From Camelus ferus (lineage: Eukaryota): 64,000 bases of DNA. The stretch covers positions 111,292,001-111,356,000 of the forward strand of contig NC_045696.1 in the NCBI RefSeq assembly GCF_009834535.1. The letters are read 5' to 3'. Of this stretch, positions 51,832 to 64,000 are shown in pieces. Below the pieces are notes generated by a model. It worked only from the letters and a program-made list of their open reading frames with translations. It was not told where the DNA came from and did no database searches. A program made the translations under genes and the position numbers. Each line of letters opens with the position of its first letter. Position 1 is the first letter of the stretch.

Positions 51832-52274
51832 TGTTGGCTGAAACACATGCACAAACTCCAAGTTGAGAATTAGGCTTTATTCGGCAGACCTACTGAGGAT
51901 GTAAGCCCCAGATACAGCCTCTCAGATCCCTCCGTGGGGCTGCTCCAAGGACGTAAGAGAGGAATCAATATATAGAGAGATTTTGCTGAGAAAAAAACAA
52001 GTAGTCGAACATCAAAAGATGACTGCTAATCACAAAAACACACATTTCAAGTTAATGATTTTAGCGCTTTTCTATCTATGTGAAGATGCAAGGGTCTGGG
52101 CTCATTGAAGTCATTACTTTGATGTGCACCTTAACTCTCCGGGGCCAGTATCCTGTTTTTGTCCATCCTGAATCCCCTCAGGGTGCACCCACAGGGGTGT
52201 CTGCAGTGGCTGATGGCTTGATGGCCACAACATTCTTTGTTTACTGAAGTGGCATGTGATATTTGTTGTCCACA
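51832..52274 (-). mobile_element. ERV1-type solo LTR (family A, copy 2)
   Basis: TGTT...CACA ends; flanks CGTG/CTTG; homologous to the other two copies. Confidence 0.88.
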
Positions 52275-53362
52275 CTTGTGAGGATGGAAATTTCGACCCT
52301 TTAATCAACCAGCAGCCTGGTGAGTGGGGACACCAAGGTTTGGATAATTTTCTACCATCGAAAGGACATAACAATCTCAATAAAATTTTGCTGAACAGAC
52401 ACAGATGTTAAACTTCCAGCTAAAGGAAGGGTTTACTATTAAGAGCAGAAGCCCAACTTAACAAGTGTGTCACCGGCCAAATTGAAGAATACATCTGGCA
52501 TCTTTGGCCTCAGAAAGTCTGACATCCATTAAAGGGACTGAAAACAAATTATCTCACAGCAAATGGTCTGCTTTTAAATTTTCTCTCAGCCTTTACCAGG
52601 CTAGGAACTTAAGAAAGAGGAGAGGGAATTAAACTAATAAGAAACAAAGAAACAGTTCATTTAAACCAAAAACTTGAAGCAGAAAATTCCCCCCAACACC
52701 CGAATTCTTCCTTCAGAACATGATGAATGAAGCCATCAAAGCAACCAGGGTTTCCTTTTTAAACTATTCATGAGCCTGGGCCCCTTTGAGCATCATCCTT
52801 AATGTTATTCATACATCCTTCATCTCTTACAATGAACTACAGTTTCTGAGTGAAATTGTCAATATGCGTTAGTGCCTCAGCGGGGGAGGGGGGGGAATAA
52901 CTCAGAAATGCAGCCTGAGGCAGCAGGCTCTGCTCTCACACCGACTTCCTCATCACTCTGCCGTGCACCTACCGAACAGACACATTCCTTTTCCCTCCTA
53001 AGTAGATGGTTCTATTAAAGGGATACATAATAGCCTCCCCGCATTCCACCTGCTGCAGGGCGTGATTCAGGACAGGACTGCAGGCAGTGTTACACCATGT
53101 GTTTTCTTCAGCAAACCCTTGAACAGAGGGGAGGAGTGACTTCCCAGCAGGGAAGTGCCTTATACTTCGAGCTGTTCCCTTAGATCATGGCAGCTGGTTG
53201 TTGAAATCAGGGTCGAGTGGGTTTTATGCTCTCAGTGGAGGACTGTCTTAATTAAGTAGTTTAACGATTAGCCACTTAGCAATGCATGCCAAGCCTTGTC
53301 AATAATCAAATAGATTTTGACGAAACCTGCTTCCCTTCTGAAGCAGCCACCTTGTCCAGTTT

Positions 53363-53931
53363 TGAGACAGGAAGGAAGGGGGCAGGGCACAGCCATTCAA
53401 GAAATACCATAGCAATTAACACCAGGGTGGTGGAAAATTCATCTCCCCGTACGCCTTGAGGCCCAAGATGGCGGGAGATTTGACTTCCAGGAGACCTTGA
53501 GCTTCATTATATGCTCATTATAATATATTAGCAGGCTAAATGGCACTCCCACAAGCACCATCACAGTCCCAAGGCTGACCATAAAAGATTGTCAAAAAGT
53601 TGGCAGTGGCCCAATTCCTTGGAATCCCGGCCCCTTCCCCCAAAGTGGTTGAAATAATCCTCCCTCTTGTTAGCATAAGAAGCTACTCAGCCCATAAAAA
53701 CTAGCAACACCGCTCCTCATGGCCTCTCACCCCCTTGCCTCCTGAGACAGACCGTACTCTGTCTATGGAGTATGTGTCTCTCTGAATAAATCTACCTTTA
53801 CTCCACTGTGGCTCACTCTTGAATTCTTTCCTGTGCAAAGTCAAGGACCCACACTTGGGACGCATCCCAAGAACTCAGCCGAGACCTGGGACACGGCCGT
53901 CCTCTCGCCCCACGTTCATTTTCCTGTATCA
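53363..53931 (+). mobile_element. MER41-like ERV1 solo LTR, intact
   Basis: TG...CA ends, exact TSD GTTT; AAGATGGCGG, CATAAAAA TATA-like box, AATAAA at ~53785. Confidence 0.9.
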
Positions 53932-54791
53932 GTTTCAACTCCCAGCAGGACCAACCTTTCTCTCCAGCACCTCCCAAGAACAGTCTTGAGCCATGAGCCA
54001 GTCACTTGTCCATGCGGAGGAAATCCATCTGTCAATAGTGCCATGAAAGACTTAGCTGAGCTGCATCGCGCTACTGTGCAGATTCAACATCTAAGGCAGT
54101 TATCCCTGTGCTCCTCGGAGTCCTATTTTTAGCCAGCACCAGTCTGGGGAGACAACAAACACCCCTTGGAGCCCAGCTTATCTGCTAGAACAACATAACC
54201 TTTAGGTCTGATAATCGTGCCAAATATTGAATACGTAAAAGCAAATGTTATTCTAATTAACTGCATTCACAAATGACAGCAGCTTCTCTTTCTAAAGCTG
54301 GCTTGAAGAGTTTCCCTCAAGACTCAAATCAGAAGCAGAGCAAGAAAAAAAAAACAAAAAAACAAACAACTTGTCAGCAGAAAGCCAGTTTGCACTAGAT
54401 GCCAGGAAGCTACCCATGACCTTCAAAGTTTAGCAGGTGTCTGGTCTGGCGTATTTGGCAGAGCACGGGAGGCGCGTGGACAGCCCACAGAGCCCATGAC
54501 CACTCTGAAGCTGGCTGGACAAATTCCCAGGATAGGATTATGAGAAGACAGGAACAGAAAGATGCTGCTCTGACTGTTCACTGTGAATAAACTTCTGTTA
54601 TTCCTAAAAAGGCTTCCTGGGACTCAGTGCTATGGTGAGTTTCCCATAGATACGCTATTGACTTTCTCTTATTATATTTACCAATATATGTTTATTGTGG
54701 GCAAAGTAGAAGATATTGATGAACAAAAATAAACATAATTAAATGACACACAAATTCTACTACTTTCAAACGACCAATGGTAATATCTTTG

Positions 54792-55349
54792 TGTTACTGA
54801 ACTCGGGTTCGAGTGCTTGCCACTCAAAGACAAATGATTCGAGAGGCAATGGTCAGCAGAAAGGAAAGATGTTGTAATGAAAAAAGCTGGCAATCTGGCG
54901 AGATGGTGGACTCAGTGTCCCCCCAGAGGCCATTTCCAAAGATTCAGCTCAGCCATGGACGTTTTTAAAAGGGAAAATAGGGGTGTAATCTCAGATGATC
55001 ATTGAGATGGGGGGGGTCAGAGCTGTCGCCACCCCCACTGTGTGTAGGCTTGTCAGTTCCTTGTGAAGTCTCCTTAGATGCTATCTTGTTCACACAGTTT
55101 GTTCATGAGATGACTGAAGGGGAAGCTATGGAAGAGATCTGGTCATTTGTAAATTACTTATTCTCCATTTCTCCTTTCTGATCTGCAGGAAAAGACCAAC
55201 AAGTTAGGCAAGGTACTGTGATCAAAAGATTTGAAAGATGTGCTTAGGCTGGAGACGAGTGGGGCAAGGGGGTGCTTGGTTAAGATTAGTGACAATATAG
55301 TTTTGCTAAAGTAACAAGAAAAGGGGTTTCCTGCAAAGAGTTGTTTACA
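54792..55349 (-). mobile_element. ERV1-type solo LTR related to 154-1022
   Basis: TGTTAC...TTTACA ends, flanks TTTG/TTTA; shared internal blocks with the LTR at 154. Confidence 0.8.
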
Positions 55350-56686
55350 TTTATATATTTTTTTCTAATTTGTTTTTATGATCACGACATATATATGAAT
55401 AACTGAGTTTCATGTGAAACACTTTGATTAATATCTTTCCTTGAAATTAGTATGTTTCCGTATAACTGAATATATGCCCACATTATCATTTTAATTACCC
55501 TGCTATTACCAGAACTTTGGGTTATTTCTACTGGGCATGTGAAGAAATGACCCTGGTGCCTTCCACAAACTTCCCCGAGTTCACAATTCCAAGGATTGTT
55601 GGACATTTCAGCGTCAGCTCTTCAGGAACTGTCTGTTTACACCACCAATGCTCCCAGTGAGCAACCTTTGGCATTGTCTTTCAGAATGGAGTCCCGCATC
55701 TGCATCATGTGACTATGAACGCTCACACTTTTCCACTGTTAGGCACACTGGCAGTCAGAGAGAAGAGAAAACACAATCCCTCAAAATACGGTGGGTTAGC
55801 CCAAAATGTCCACACAAATCTTAAAATTTCTCTAAATTCTTGCTTGCTTTAAGCATGTAAGTTAATTTCTAATTCAACTGTCTCATGTATCCATGTCAAT
55901 TTTAATGTTATTTTTTATCTGCTCTCCTCATGTTTAATGGGTGTTCTATCTGTACCAGTGCATCATAAGCCAGTGCATCAGGTATCCCCTGGGGCTACAT
56001 GGCAACAAAGTTTGTGCTTTGGTCATGACTGGACTTGTGAAATCAGCCTCAGGCCTGTGAGTAAAAAGTCTGCTCCATATGGGGAACTTAATTTTGATTC
56101 AAGATCATCAATACCTCCAGAGTTTGTGCTCCAGCCACGTACTTTCACACGTCTTATCCCATTTGTCCACATACCAGCCTTGTGAAGCATCCAAGCAGGG
56201 CCAATTATTTCTGTTGCTTCTGCTTAATCTAGAATGCTGGAATGTTGCTTGTTCTATTGAGCTTTATATTGAAGAAGGGTTTTTCATTCTTATAGCTCCC
56301 ACATCTGATTCCATGCCATTTGCTATTCCCACTTAGAAAATCTCCACTCTTTAACCCCTCAGCACCTAACATAATGCACTTTACCTACCCATATACCCAC
56401 TTACCAACAATCTATAGATCATTCTCATGTGGTCAATACACACATAGGAATCTTTCTGTTCAAGGAAAGTAATTGCACCGCATCCTTATCCTTAACACCC
56501 TTTATCACAATGACCATCACATACAACCTCCATGAGCAGCTTCTTCCCAGGTCCGCATCCTGGTTCCCACCCCAGTGGTTCTTCCTGTGAGTTCTTAAAC
56601 CCCACAGTGCCACAGTCTTGTCTACAACACCCCATTCTTCTTCCTCTGTAGTGACTGCTTCTACCAGACATAATAGTAATCACTTG

Positions 56687-57122
56687 TGTCAACTGAAAAA
56701 TAACGTACAACCTAAAAGTTGTAAATTGTGTTTTACTTGGTGGACTTTCTGAGGACTTAAGCCCAGAAGATAGCCTGTCAGATGGCTCTGAAGGGCTGTT
56801 CCAAAGAGGACTCAGAACATAGGAGTTTTTGCAATAAAAGCCAGGTAGTCGGAACATCAAAAGATTACTGCTAGTTAAAGAAAACCAGATGTCTCAAGTT
56901 AATGAATTTAGCACTTTACTTTTAAGTATGGGGAGGCGCAACAATCTGGGTTCATGAAATCATTCCTTTGATATGCTCCTTAACTATGTCAGCCAGTATC
57001 CTGTTCTCTTCCATCCTGGGTCCCCCCAGGGTGCACAGTTGGGGGCAGCTGCAGGAGCAGCTGGCTTGATGGTTGCAACATCCTTTGTTTACAGATACGG
57101 CAGATGGTATTCTTAGTGCACA
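56687..57122 (-). mobile_element. ERV1-type solo LTR (family A, copy 3)
   Basis: TGTC...CACA ends, exact TSD CTTG (56683-56686, 57123-57126). Confidence 0.9.
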
Positions 57123-57266
57123 CTTGAATTCCACCATTTTCTCGTAGTCTCTCAATGTCTTCTGACTTCACATCCTTACTCTCTCTACCCGAAACTGATG
57201 ATCCATTATCACCTCCACTTAGGCTGGGGATTTTCCTTTTAGGCTTGTTATTTTTCTCCTCCTTCT

Positions 57267-57806
57267 TGTAAACAGCTCTTTTGTCCCTTTTCTGTTTGTC
57301 TATTTCTGTTCCCCTTAAACCTTAATTACAAAAATGAGATCACTAGATAACATTTAACTTAAGTAGACTTACTCTCTACTAAATGTACACAATGCCTTGC
57401 CTAACCTGTTGATTTCTTCTTCCGAGATTAAAAGGAGTAAGAATGAAGAATGAAGTACTTAAAGCATGGCTATCTACCCCTGGCATCCCCCTTAGCAATC
57501 CTGCAGGCAGACCATAAGGGCAAGATGGCATCTGATGAAAAGTCATGAGAAGTCACCCAGCCTGCACACAATGGAAAGTGGCACAGAACTTTCCACCTCA
57601 ATGATTAACTAAGATGACTTCCCTGTTTTCCCTTTAAAAACTGTCATGGCTGAGCTTGACGTGGAGTTGGAGTTGGTTTGGGACCCATGGGTCTGCCTTC
57701 TCCCCATATTGCTGTCCTTCTGATTAAAGAACCCTTTCCTTTCTACCAACACTTGCCTCTCAAGTGGCTCTTGAGTGGCAAGCAGTCGAACCTGAGTTTG
57801 ATAGCA
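57267..57806 (+). mobile_element. ERV1-type solo LTR (MER34/MER39-like); start uncertain
   Basis: CTTTAAAAA TATA-like, ATTAAA, TTTCTACCAACACTTGCCTCTCAAG...GAGTGGCAAGCAG..GAACCTGAGTTTG end matching the reverse complement of 154-230. Confidence 0.7.
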
Positions 57807-59379
57807 TCCTGTTTCCTTACTTCCAGGGGGGCCCCTCCATCTACCCAGTAACTCAAACTGGAAATTTGGAAACCATTCTTGATCTCCGAGCAGTCCTCAC
57901 CTCTTACAAAGTACATCCTCAAACTATCTCTGGAGTCTAGTTCTCTCCCTTTACATTGCAGAGGCACTGTCCTAACAGGCCTTTATTATTATTGCTTCAC
58001 ATAACAAAGAAAAACCCCTCCCTTGATTCACAGGCTTTAGGCTCAATCCATCCCCCATATTATGCTAATGAGGACAATATCATGCCTGTCTCCTTTCACC
58101 CTCCCTTCCGCAAACATCCAAACTATGCAGAATTCTACAGAATCTCTTTTCTTTTGTAATTTGTTCAAAAAGGAATTGGAGATGACTTACAGAGAAATAT
58201 ACAATGGGACTATAAAAACAGATGGAAAAGAGAAGAAGATCCAATAAAAGATTAAATCAAAGGTGAAGATACATGTCATAAAAAAGAACAATTATTTGTT
58301 GGAGTCCCAGCCTGCATCTGTACTTCATGTTAAGTCAATGCAAAGGAAAAAACCTAACTAGTTTACAAGCTTCATCCTATCTGTAAGATAAAATCAAATT
58401 AGTTGCTGGTTGTAAGAACTAAGAGAATTGTCTGTCATGGTAGCCTGGCAGAGTGCTCAGGTTTCCATGCCAAAAATCCTACCTGCCCTTTAACACTCTG
58501 GCCCCATCTTGCCTTATTGTGGACTGTTCCCTGGTCCCACCTCTTTCCCTACCCACTTAAGCCAGTAACTCACTCTTCCTCTCTCCCTCAGCATCTTGGA
58601 TTTGTCCTTCTGTTTGCACTAATGATTGTACTGAGAGTGTCTACCTTCACCTTACACAATGGTCTTATTAAGGGAGCAGACTCTGCAAAATTCATCTTTG
58701 TATTCCCGTCAATACTGGGACTAGTGGAAACATGTCTCAGTGCTTTAGAGTTGTAACTAAAGGGTAAAAGATTGGTGCCTTTTAGTATTCCTTTGTAATC
58801 CAAATAGGACTAAGGCCAAGACTGACTTTTGGGTGCTAATTCTAATAATTTACAACATCACTTTGGCATTTCTCAGCCAATCTGTTAGCTTCAATGAAAT
58901 TAAGCTTCCTTTAATATCAAATAAATACATCAAAAAGAAGCTCACTTGGTGAGTTTGTGGGCAAAGGGGAGAAAATAGAAAAAGGACCAGTCAACCCTCC
59001 TTTCAATACTGTGCATCTGGCCCCAGCATGGATGACCCTCACGTCTCTACCACCTGGTAAACTGGGCTTGGCTTAGGGCAAACCTGATGACAGCCCCTCT
59101 CTTCTCATGTCAAAAGGTATCAGACAAGTAAGGCCAGGCCTCAGAATGACCTCCTAATGCAATGGCTGTAATGCTGACTGATACAGCTTTGTCTGTAGGC
59201 TGAGCTCATCCCCACTTCTGTGCGTCACAGCTAAACAAGCTTTCTATTGGTCCCTCCACCCCAAGATTGCAACAGTGAGAAAAGGACCTCTCTCTCATTG
59301 GCTTATCTCTCATTGGCTTAATTCTCAGCAAAAGTGGAGGAGGAGTAGCAGATACTACCTCACTGATGGCTCTGGATGT

Positions 59380-59712
59380 CCTCCCTTCACGGACACATTA
59401 TACCCACCCTCCCTACTTTGCAGTGAGCAGCTCCATGTAACTAGTTTTAACCAGAGGGTTGATGGTAATCCTATTCTTTACTACTCTTTTCCTGCTAAAG
59501 AGAAGATGTAAGCATATGTTCAGAGGGAAGTAACATTAAATCAAGATGTCCTGGAATGCTGAGTCACTGCACAGAAGGTGGCTGCCCTGGAATTCACCAG
59601 GACATTCAGAAGATTTTTTCAAGAGCAAGAAATAAACATTTGTTACAGTAAGCCATTGAGCTTTTGTTGTGTTTGTTACTGCAGCATCGCCTAACCTATC
59701 CTGACTTATGCA
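59380..59712 (+). mobile_element. MLT1J/K-like MaLR LTR
   Basis: GAGCAAGAAATAAAC.TTTGTT..TAAGCCA.TGAG...TTTGTTACTGCAGCAT..CCTA.CCTATCCTGACT.AT.CA. Confidence 0.8.
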
Positions 59713-60984
59713 TACGGCTTTTAACCACCACCATGGATTCAGCCACTTTACTTAGGGAGAGAGACTTAATTAATCAGAATTTATTTTTGCCTGAGTTCTT
59801 TTGATAAGATGCAAAATTATAATTTCATTCAACGTATATTTTGAACCAAAACCACATTCACTAAACTGGTTTTTTTGTTTGTTTGTTTTGTTTTTTTACT
59901 ATTTTCAGGGGAAGAAAAAACATCAACATGAAAAGATTGTCAACTTAAGGCTAAAACTATATCATCTTTTTGATTCCAATCTTCCCAATAAGAAATCTCC
60001 TTCCTATGACGTTACAAATAATATATAATGATTCATAGGTTGAGAGATCATTAGAAAGACACTGAAACCAAGTGTTCAGAGTCTTTCTGAAAAGTATGCA
60101 TTTTTACATTTCAGCTGAAAAGATGTGTGATTCTTGGGTAGAAGGGCAAATTTTTTTCAGGGGAAAACTTGGCATTTTCCCACATGAGAACCAATAGGGA
60201 AACAAACCCGAAAGCTGGGTGGAGGGCCTGAACAGCAGTTTTTGACGTGATGGGATGGTATGGATGACCAGCCCTCACTTTCACACAACCGTGAATGTTT
60301 TGGTCATAGAGGAGGAGTTGAAGAGGATTTTTTTGTCAGATGGAGCAGTCAGATGGCAGCCTGCACACGAGACATAGAAATGATCTGCATAGAAGGGCTG
60401 CTAGCCCTTTAATACCTTTCATAAACTCTCAGCAGGTGGCAGATCTATACAAAATATGGAAAGTGTTGAAATGCGCTGGATGGTAGGATTTGCATTTAAT
60501 TGCCTCTCTCACTCCCCTAGGCCTACTTCAAACAGAAGTGTACACGCCTTTTACATTGCCTGCCCAGCATGGTTGTTTGCCAATCAGATTGTGCAGAGTA
60601 TAACCTTAAAAAAAAGAAAGAAAAGAAAGAAAAAAAAGGAAGAAGCCCCTCTATGAAGAAGGTCCTGAAAATTAAAATTGTTCCTTATTGTTGACCTCAG
60701 ATCTCAAGCCCTTAGGGTTTTAATTACTTAAGACCCTCACAGTAACGTCTGGGCTCTCACAATCAGACATGTGAGTTGAGTAATGATGTATGTCATGGAG
60801 TTAGAAATGGAGATATTATTTGTAATGCAAACTTTAAATTTTGTCTGAAGTAACATTTTCCAGGGTCTGGAATATCGCTACATTTTAGGCCCTTAGACTT
60901 CAGATATTTCCCTGAGTTCATGTAAAATGTATATAAACTAAAGAATCTGAAGTCAAGATGCTTAACTGCCCATAAGATTTGCTA

Positions 60985-61200
60985 AAATATACTGAACACT
61001 TGCTTTATGCCAAACGTCATTCTAAATACTTTCCAAGTATCAACTGTTTTAATACTTCACAAAACCCTGTGTGGCTCATTTTATGGATGAGAAAACCGAG
61101 GCATCTGGTGGAATATATTTCTTTAGAGTACATAGTAAATGGCAGAAGTGGGATTCAACTTTAGTCAGTCTGGTTCCAGAACCTGCTCTTTTAGCTCCTG
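60985..61200 (-). mobile_element. MIR SINE
   Basis: CATTTTATGGATGAGAAAACCGAGGCA...AGTAAATGGCAGAAGTGGGATTCAA...CAGTCTGGTTCCAGA. Confidence 0.8.
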
Positions 61201-62554
61201 TTCAATAATGTCTCTCATATGTAAAATGTGCTTCTGAGTCGTTAAGTTTGTATAAAGCCTCCCAAATGAAATACCCCATTTTCAGACAGTAAAACTGAGG
61301 GTTCAAGAAAAAGATTCAGAATTTGTTGAAAGTTAGAGAAAAGCAGAGAGAACACACACCAAGGCCATCAAATTCTAAAGTCCATAGACATCCATGAATT
61401 AATTAATTAATTTACATCACTCCACCTGAGAAGTGGTATGTTTTATTTAGAGAGAACAAACAGTTCTGAAAGGAGTAAATTTTTTTTTAGATCAAATGTT
61501 ATTTAGGATTTGAAACAGATGAAAATGACGCGGAGTGAAGGTGAAGCACGAAGTTACCTATTACAAAGGTTTAGTGAGACACGTGATTCTAGTGCCTTGT
61601 TTGTATTACCCTAAGGTCACAACACCCTCCACATCCTGCGGAGAAGCAACACACCCTTGCTTTTTGCTAGTTCTCTCCCCACCTGGGGAGCCTACTAGCT
61701 AAGTATTCACTCTGCGTCCAGATGAATATCACAAATCATTACCTTTTTTGTGAGCTCTGCCTCTTTCTTGGGGTTACTGAATATGCGAAGAGATAATGGA
61801 GGTGAAAGTATTTTATAAAGTGCAGAGTGCAAGGTGATGTAATGTGCTGCTCACCGGCGTGTCTCGAGGATTATGACCACAGGCAGTCGGCTGAGTTAAG
61901 ATGTGCATTACTGTAGACCTTCAGCTTCCCTTCAGGGATATCAGAAGTCCATGAAGACTGACGGTATCCCCATGTGTGACTGCCAAATTATTCTGTCAAC
62001 TGTAATTTACAAAGTCATTTTCTAAAGTCCATAGTCTTAGATACAATGGAGATTCAATTAACGCAGAGAACATGAGTTTTGGTCACTGAACTGGAGACAC
62101 AAAAAGACAAGAAAAAACCCACACTCAGGTTCCTGTTGTTGGGAAGTTAGATCCTTAAGGACATTTCCTCAATGGCCAGATGGTTTACAAATGTCACTTT
62201 CTTATTGGGCATGTAGGCACTGTACCTTCTAAAACACGGGAGCAGAAATAAATGATCTCTAGTGAATGAATGGAGAGAGGACTAAATAAGAAAATGTTTA
62301 TGTTATTGCAAAACTACCCCTGAAGAGGCAGGTACACAAGAAGAGTTCCCAACGTGTTTAAACAATGTTAAGATACTGAAGAAACTGTAAGAGCCAAGAT
62401 ATGCTTAAAAAGCCATTTGTCCATGGTTGATGCTACATACAAAATGAATCCCCCAAAATGTCAAACTCTGGGTTAAGAACTATCGAATTTTGAACAGAAC
62501 GCAAATATTGGCTTTATGTGAATCTTTATAACAACAAGATTATTAGTTTTTGAC

Positions 62555-62840
62555 TGCAGAGAGAAATCCGTTTAAGGTCACACAGTAAGTAAGTGGCAGA
62601 GGCAAGTTTAAAGCCAGGCAATCTGGATCAAGACTCTAGTCTTCGTACACAGCTACCCCACCATGTCCCCCTATAACTGTAATCCCCTCAATAACCGTAT
62701 CAGTGGGCGTATCATTATAATTTCTATTTCACAGATGAAGAAATTGAGGATCATAGTGATTTTAATAGTTTACCCAGGACTGTAGAGCTAATATGGAGAA
62801 AAGCTAGGCTTATGGATCCAAAATCTATGCTTCTAATCAA
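62555..62840 (-). mobile_element. Two adjacent MIR fragments
   Basis: AAGGTCACACAG..AGTAAGTGGCAGAG and ATTTCACAGATGAAGAAATTGAGG. Confidence 0.75.
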
Positions 62841-63311
62841 CATACAGGTACATGTGTGTGTACATTCTACATAATTCCACTAATCTTTTCTAATTCGTAT
62901 TTCTTCAGTGGCTCCACCTGACCCATAGGATAAAATTTAACTACTTTATAAGGCATATGGGGCATTTAATAACCTGGTCCCTATACATTGGATAAAAAGG
63001 GACTAATTAATGGGAGAACATTGTCACCCCCTGGCAGATGACTCTGGGTTACTTTCCTATGGGAGGGCTATACTTTCCAACATGTTCTGCAAAATGTTTG
63101 CAAATTGCTCTGCTTATGACTCTAAAAAATCTTCTTTCTCTCTAACTTGAATGTTACATCATGGTGGCATACTCTTCATCCCTGCAAGCTTACTGTGTAT
63201 GCTACAGATTCCTTTGGGCGACAGGAATCATTTCTGGATTGAGGTCTTAGAAATGGAACCCCCTACCATGTTGCCACTTCTTTTATAAAAATGCTGACTA
63301 TCCCACTTTCA

Positions 63312-63403
63312 TTAAACATTACACATCTCAAGGCTCCGGATAAAATCGGAACATGTTTAATCATTACACATCTCAAGGCTTCGGACAAAATCAGAACATG
63401 TTT
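63312..63403. repeat. 45-bp tandem duplication, slightly diverged
   Basis: CATTACACATCTCAAGGCTcCGGAtAAAATCgGAACATGTTT at 63317 and 63362 with three substitutions. Confidence 0.95.
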
Positions 63404-63779
63404 CTGGATGACAGATCTTTTATTTTCTCTGAATGTGTTTTTTTATGTTACCCTTTTAAATGACACCCATGTACCCACTGGAAACCATTTGTAGTAGGTT
63501 CCATTGTTACCCATACTTCTTTGTCTTTTCCCTAGGAAAGGATTATGCAGCTATATGACCTTGTTATTCCTCCTGAGAAGGACACACTGATGCCCACCCC
63601 TGGCGTTGCACTTGAGCCTGTATCTTGCCTTGTCCAAGGTGACAAATCTGCTAAGAAAGTTGTCAATTTCATCGTGTGTTTATGATTTTCAGTCATGAGA
63701 AAAACATGCGCTAGAGAGAGATTCGTAAGACTGAGTCCTGAAATGTGGAGCAGACATAATCTCACAGCTGGGAGAAGAG

Positions 63780-63900
63780 TCACAGAAGATAACCCAAAGC
63801 CACCAACATGTAAATTGAGCAGGAAAACGATACTTGTAAGCCACTGAGATTTTGAAGTTGGTTGTTATATACCATCACATAGCAAAGGCTGATGATAGAG
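63780..63900 (+). mobile_element. MLT1-type LTR 3' fragment
   Basis: TGTAAGCCACTGAGATTTTG..GTTG.TTGTTA...CATAGC..AGGCTGA. Confidence 0.6.
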
Positions 63901-64000
63901 CTCCAATGACTTCCCTTGTGTTATAAGCTTCTTAACAGTTCAGTCAATACTTCTATTATCTGATCTCTGTCTCTTTCTCCAGCTTCCATCACTCTGCCTC

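Noticed and set aside
50053..53931. Provirus bounded by the two MER41-like LTRs
   Set aside because: Separate exact TSDs (GAAG and GTTT) and different U5 ends show independent solo LTRs.
51832..57122. Provirus bounded by two same-orientation family-A LTRs
   Set aside because: Each LTR has its own flanking duplication, they are visibly diverged, and no primer-binding site or gag/pol/env is evident between them.
37684..63403. CRISPR-like arrays from the 27-bp and 45-bp repeats
   Set aside because: Only two adjacent copies each, no spacers, eukaryotic context.
363..63783. The many 60-140 aa ORFs in the six-frame track as genes
   Set aside because: Apart from L1 ORF2 pieces none resembles a protein I recognise; many start at TTG/GTG or lie in repeats and microsatellites, as expected by chance.

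Overview
Mammalian (not prokaryotic) genomic DNA, AT-rich, intergenic or deep-intronic, very probably camelid (alpaca/llama/camel) because it carries three Vic-1-type tRNA-Ala-derived SINEs. I see no recognisable cellular protein-coding exon, RNA gene or CRISPR array; the only ORFs with recognisable products are broken LINE-1 ORF2 pieces. Much of the window is transposon relics: five short, relatively young antisense L1 3' ends (four with visible target-site duplications), a decayed 3.8 kb L1 whose 5'UTR is joined directly to ORF2 (ORF1 missing), old L1/L2/MIR/MER5/MER58/MLT1 copies, and a dense pile-up of ERV1-type solo LTRs at 45.9-57.8 kb that includes a three-level nested insertion and two MER41-like LTRs with STAT-type motifs. 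Some non-repetitive stretches carry promoter/enhancer-like motif clusters. I find no convincing evidence of a new biological system; the findings are modest leads. Repeat family names are from memory of consensus sequences, not a database search, and boundaries without TSDs are approximate.
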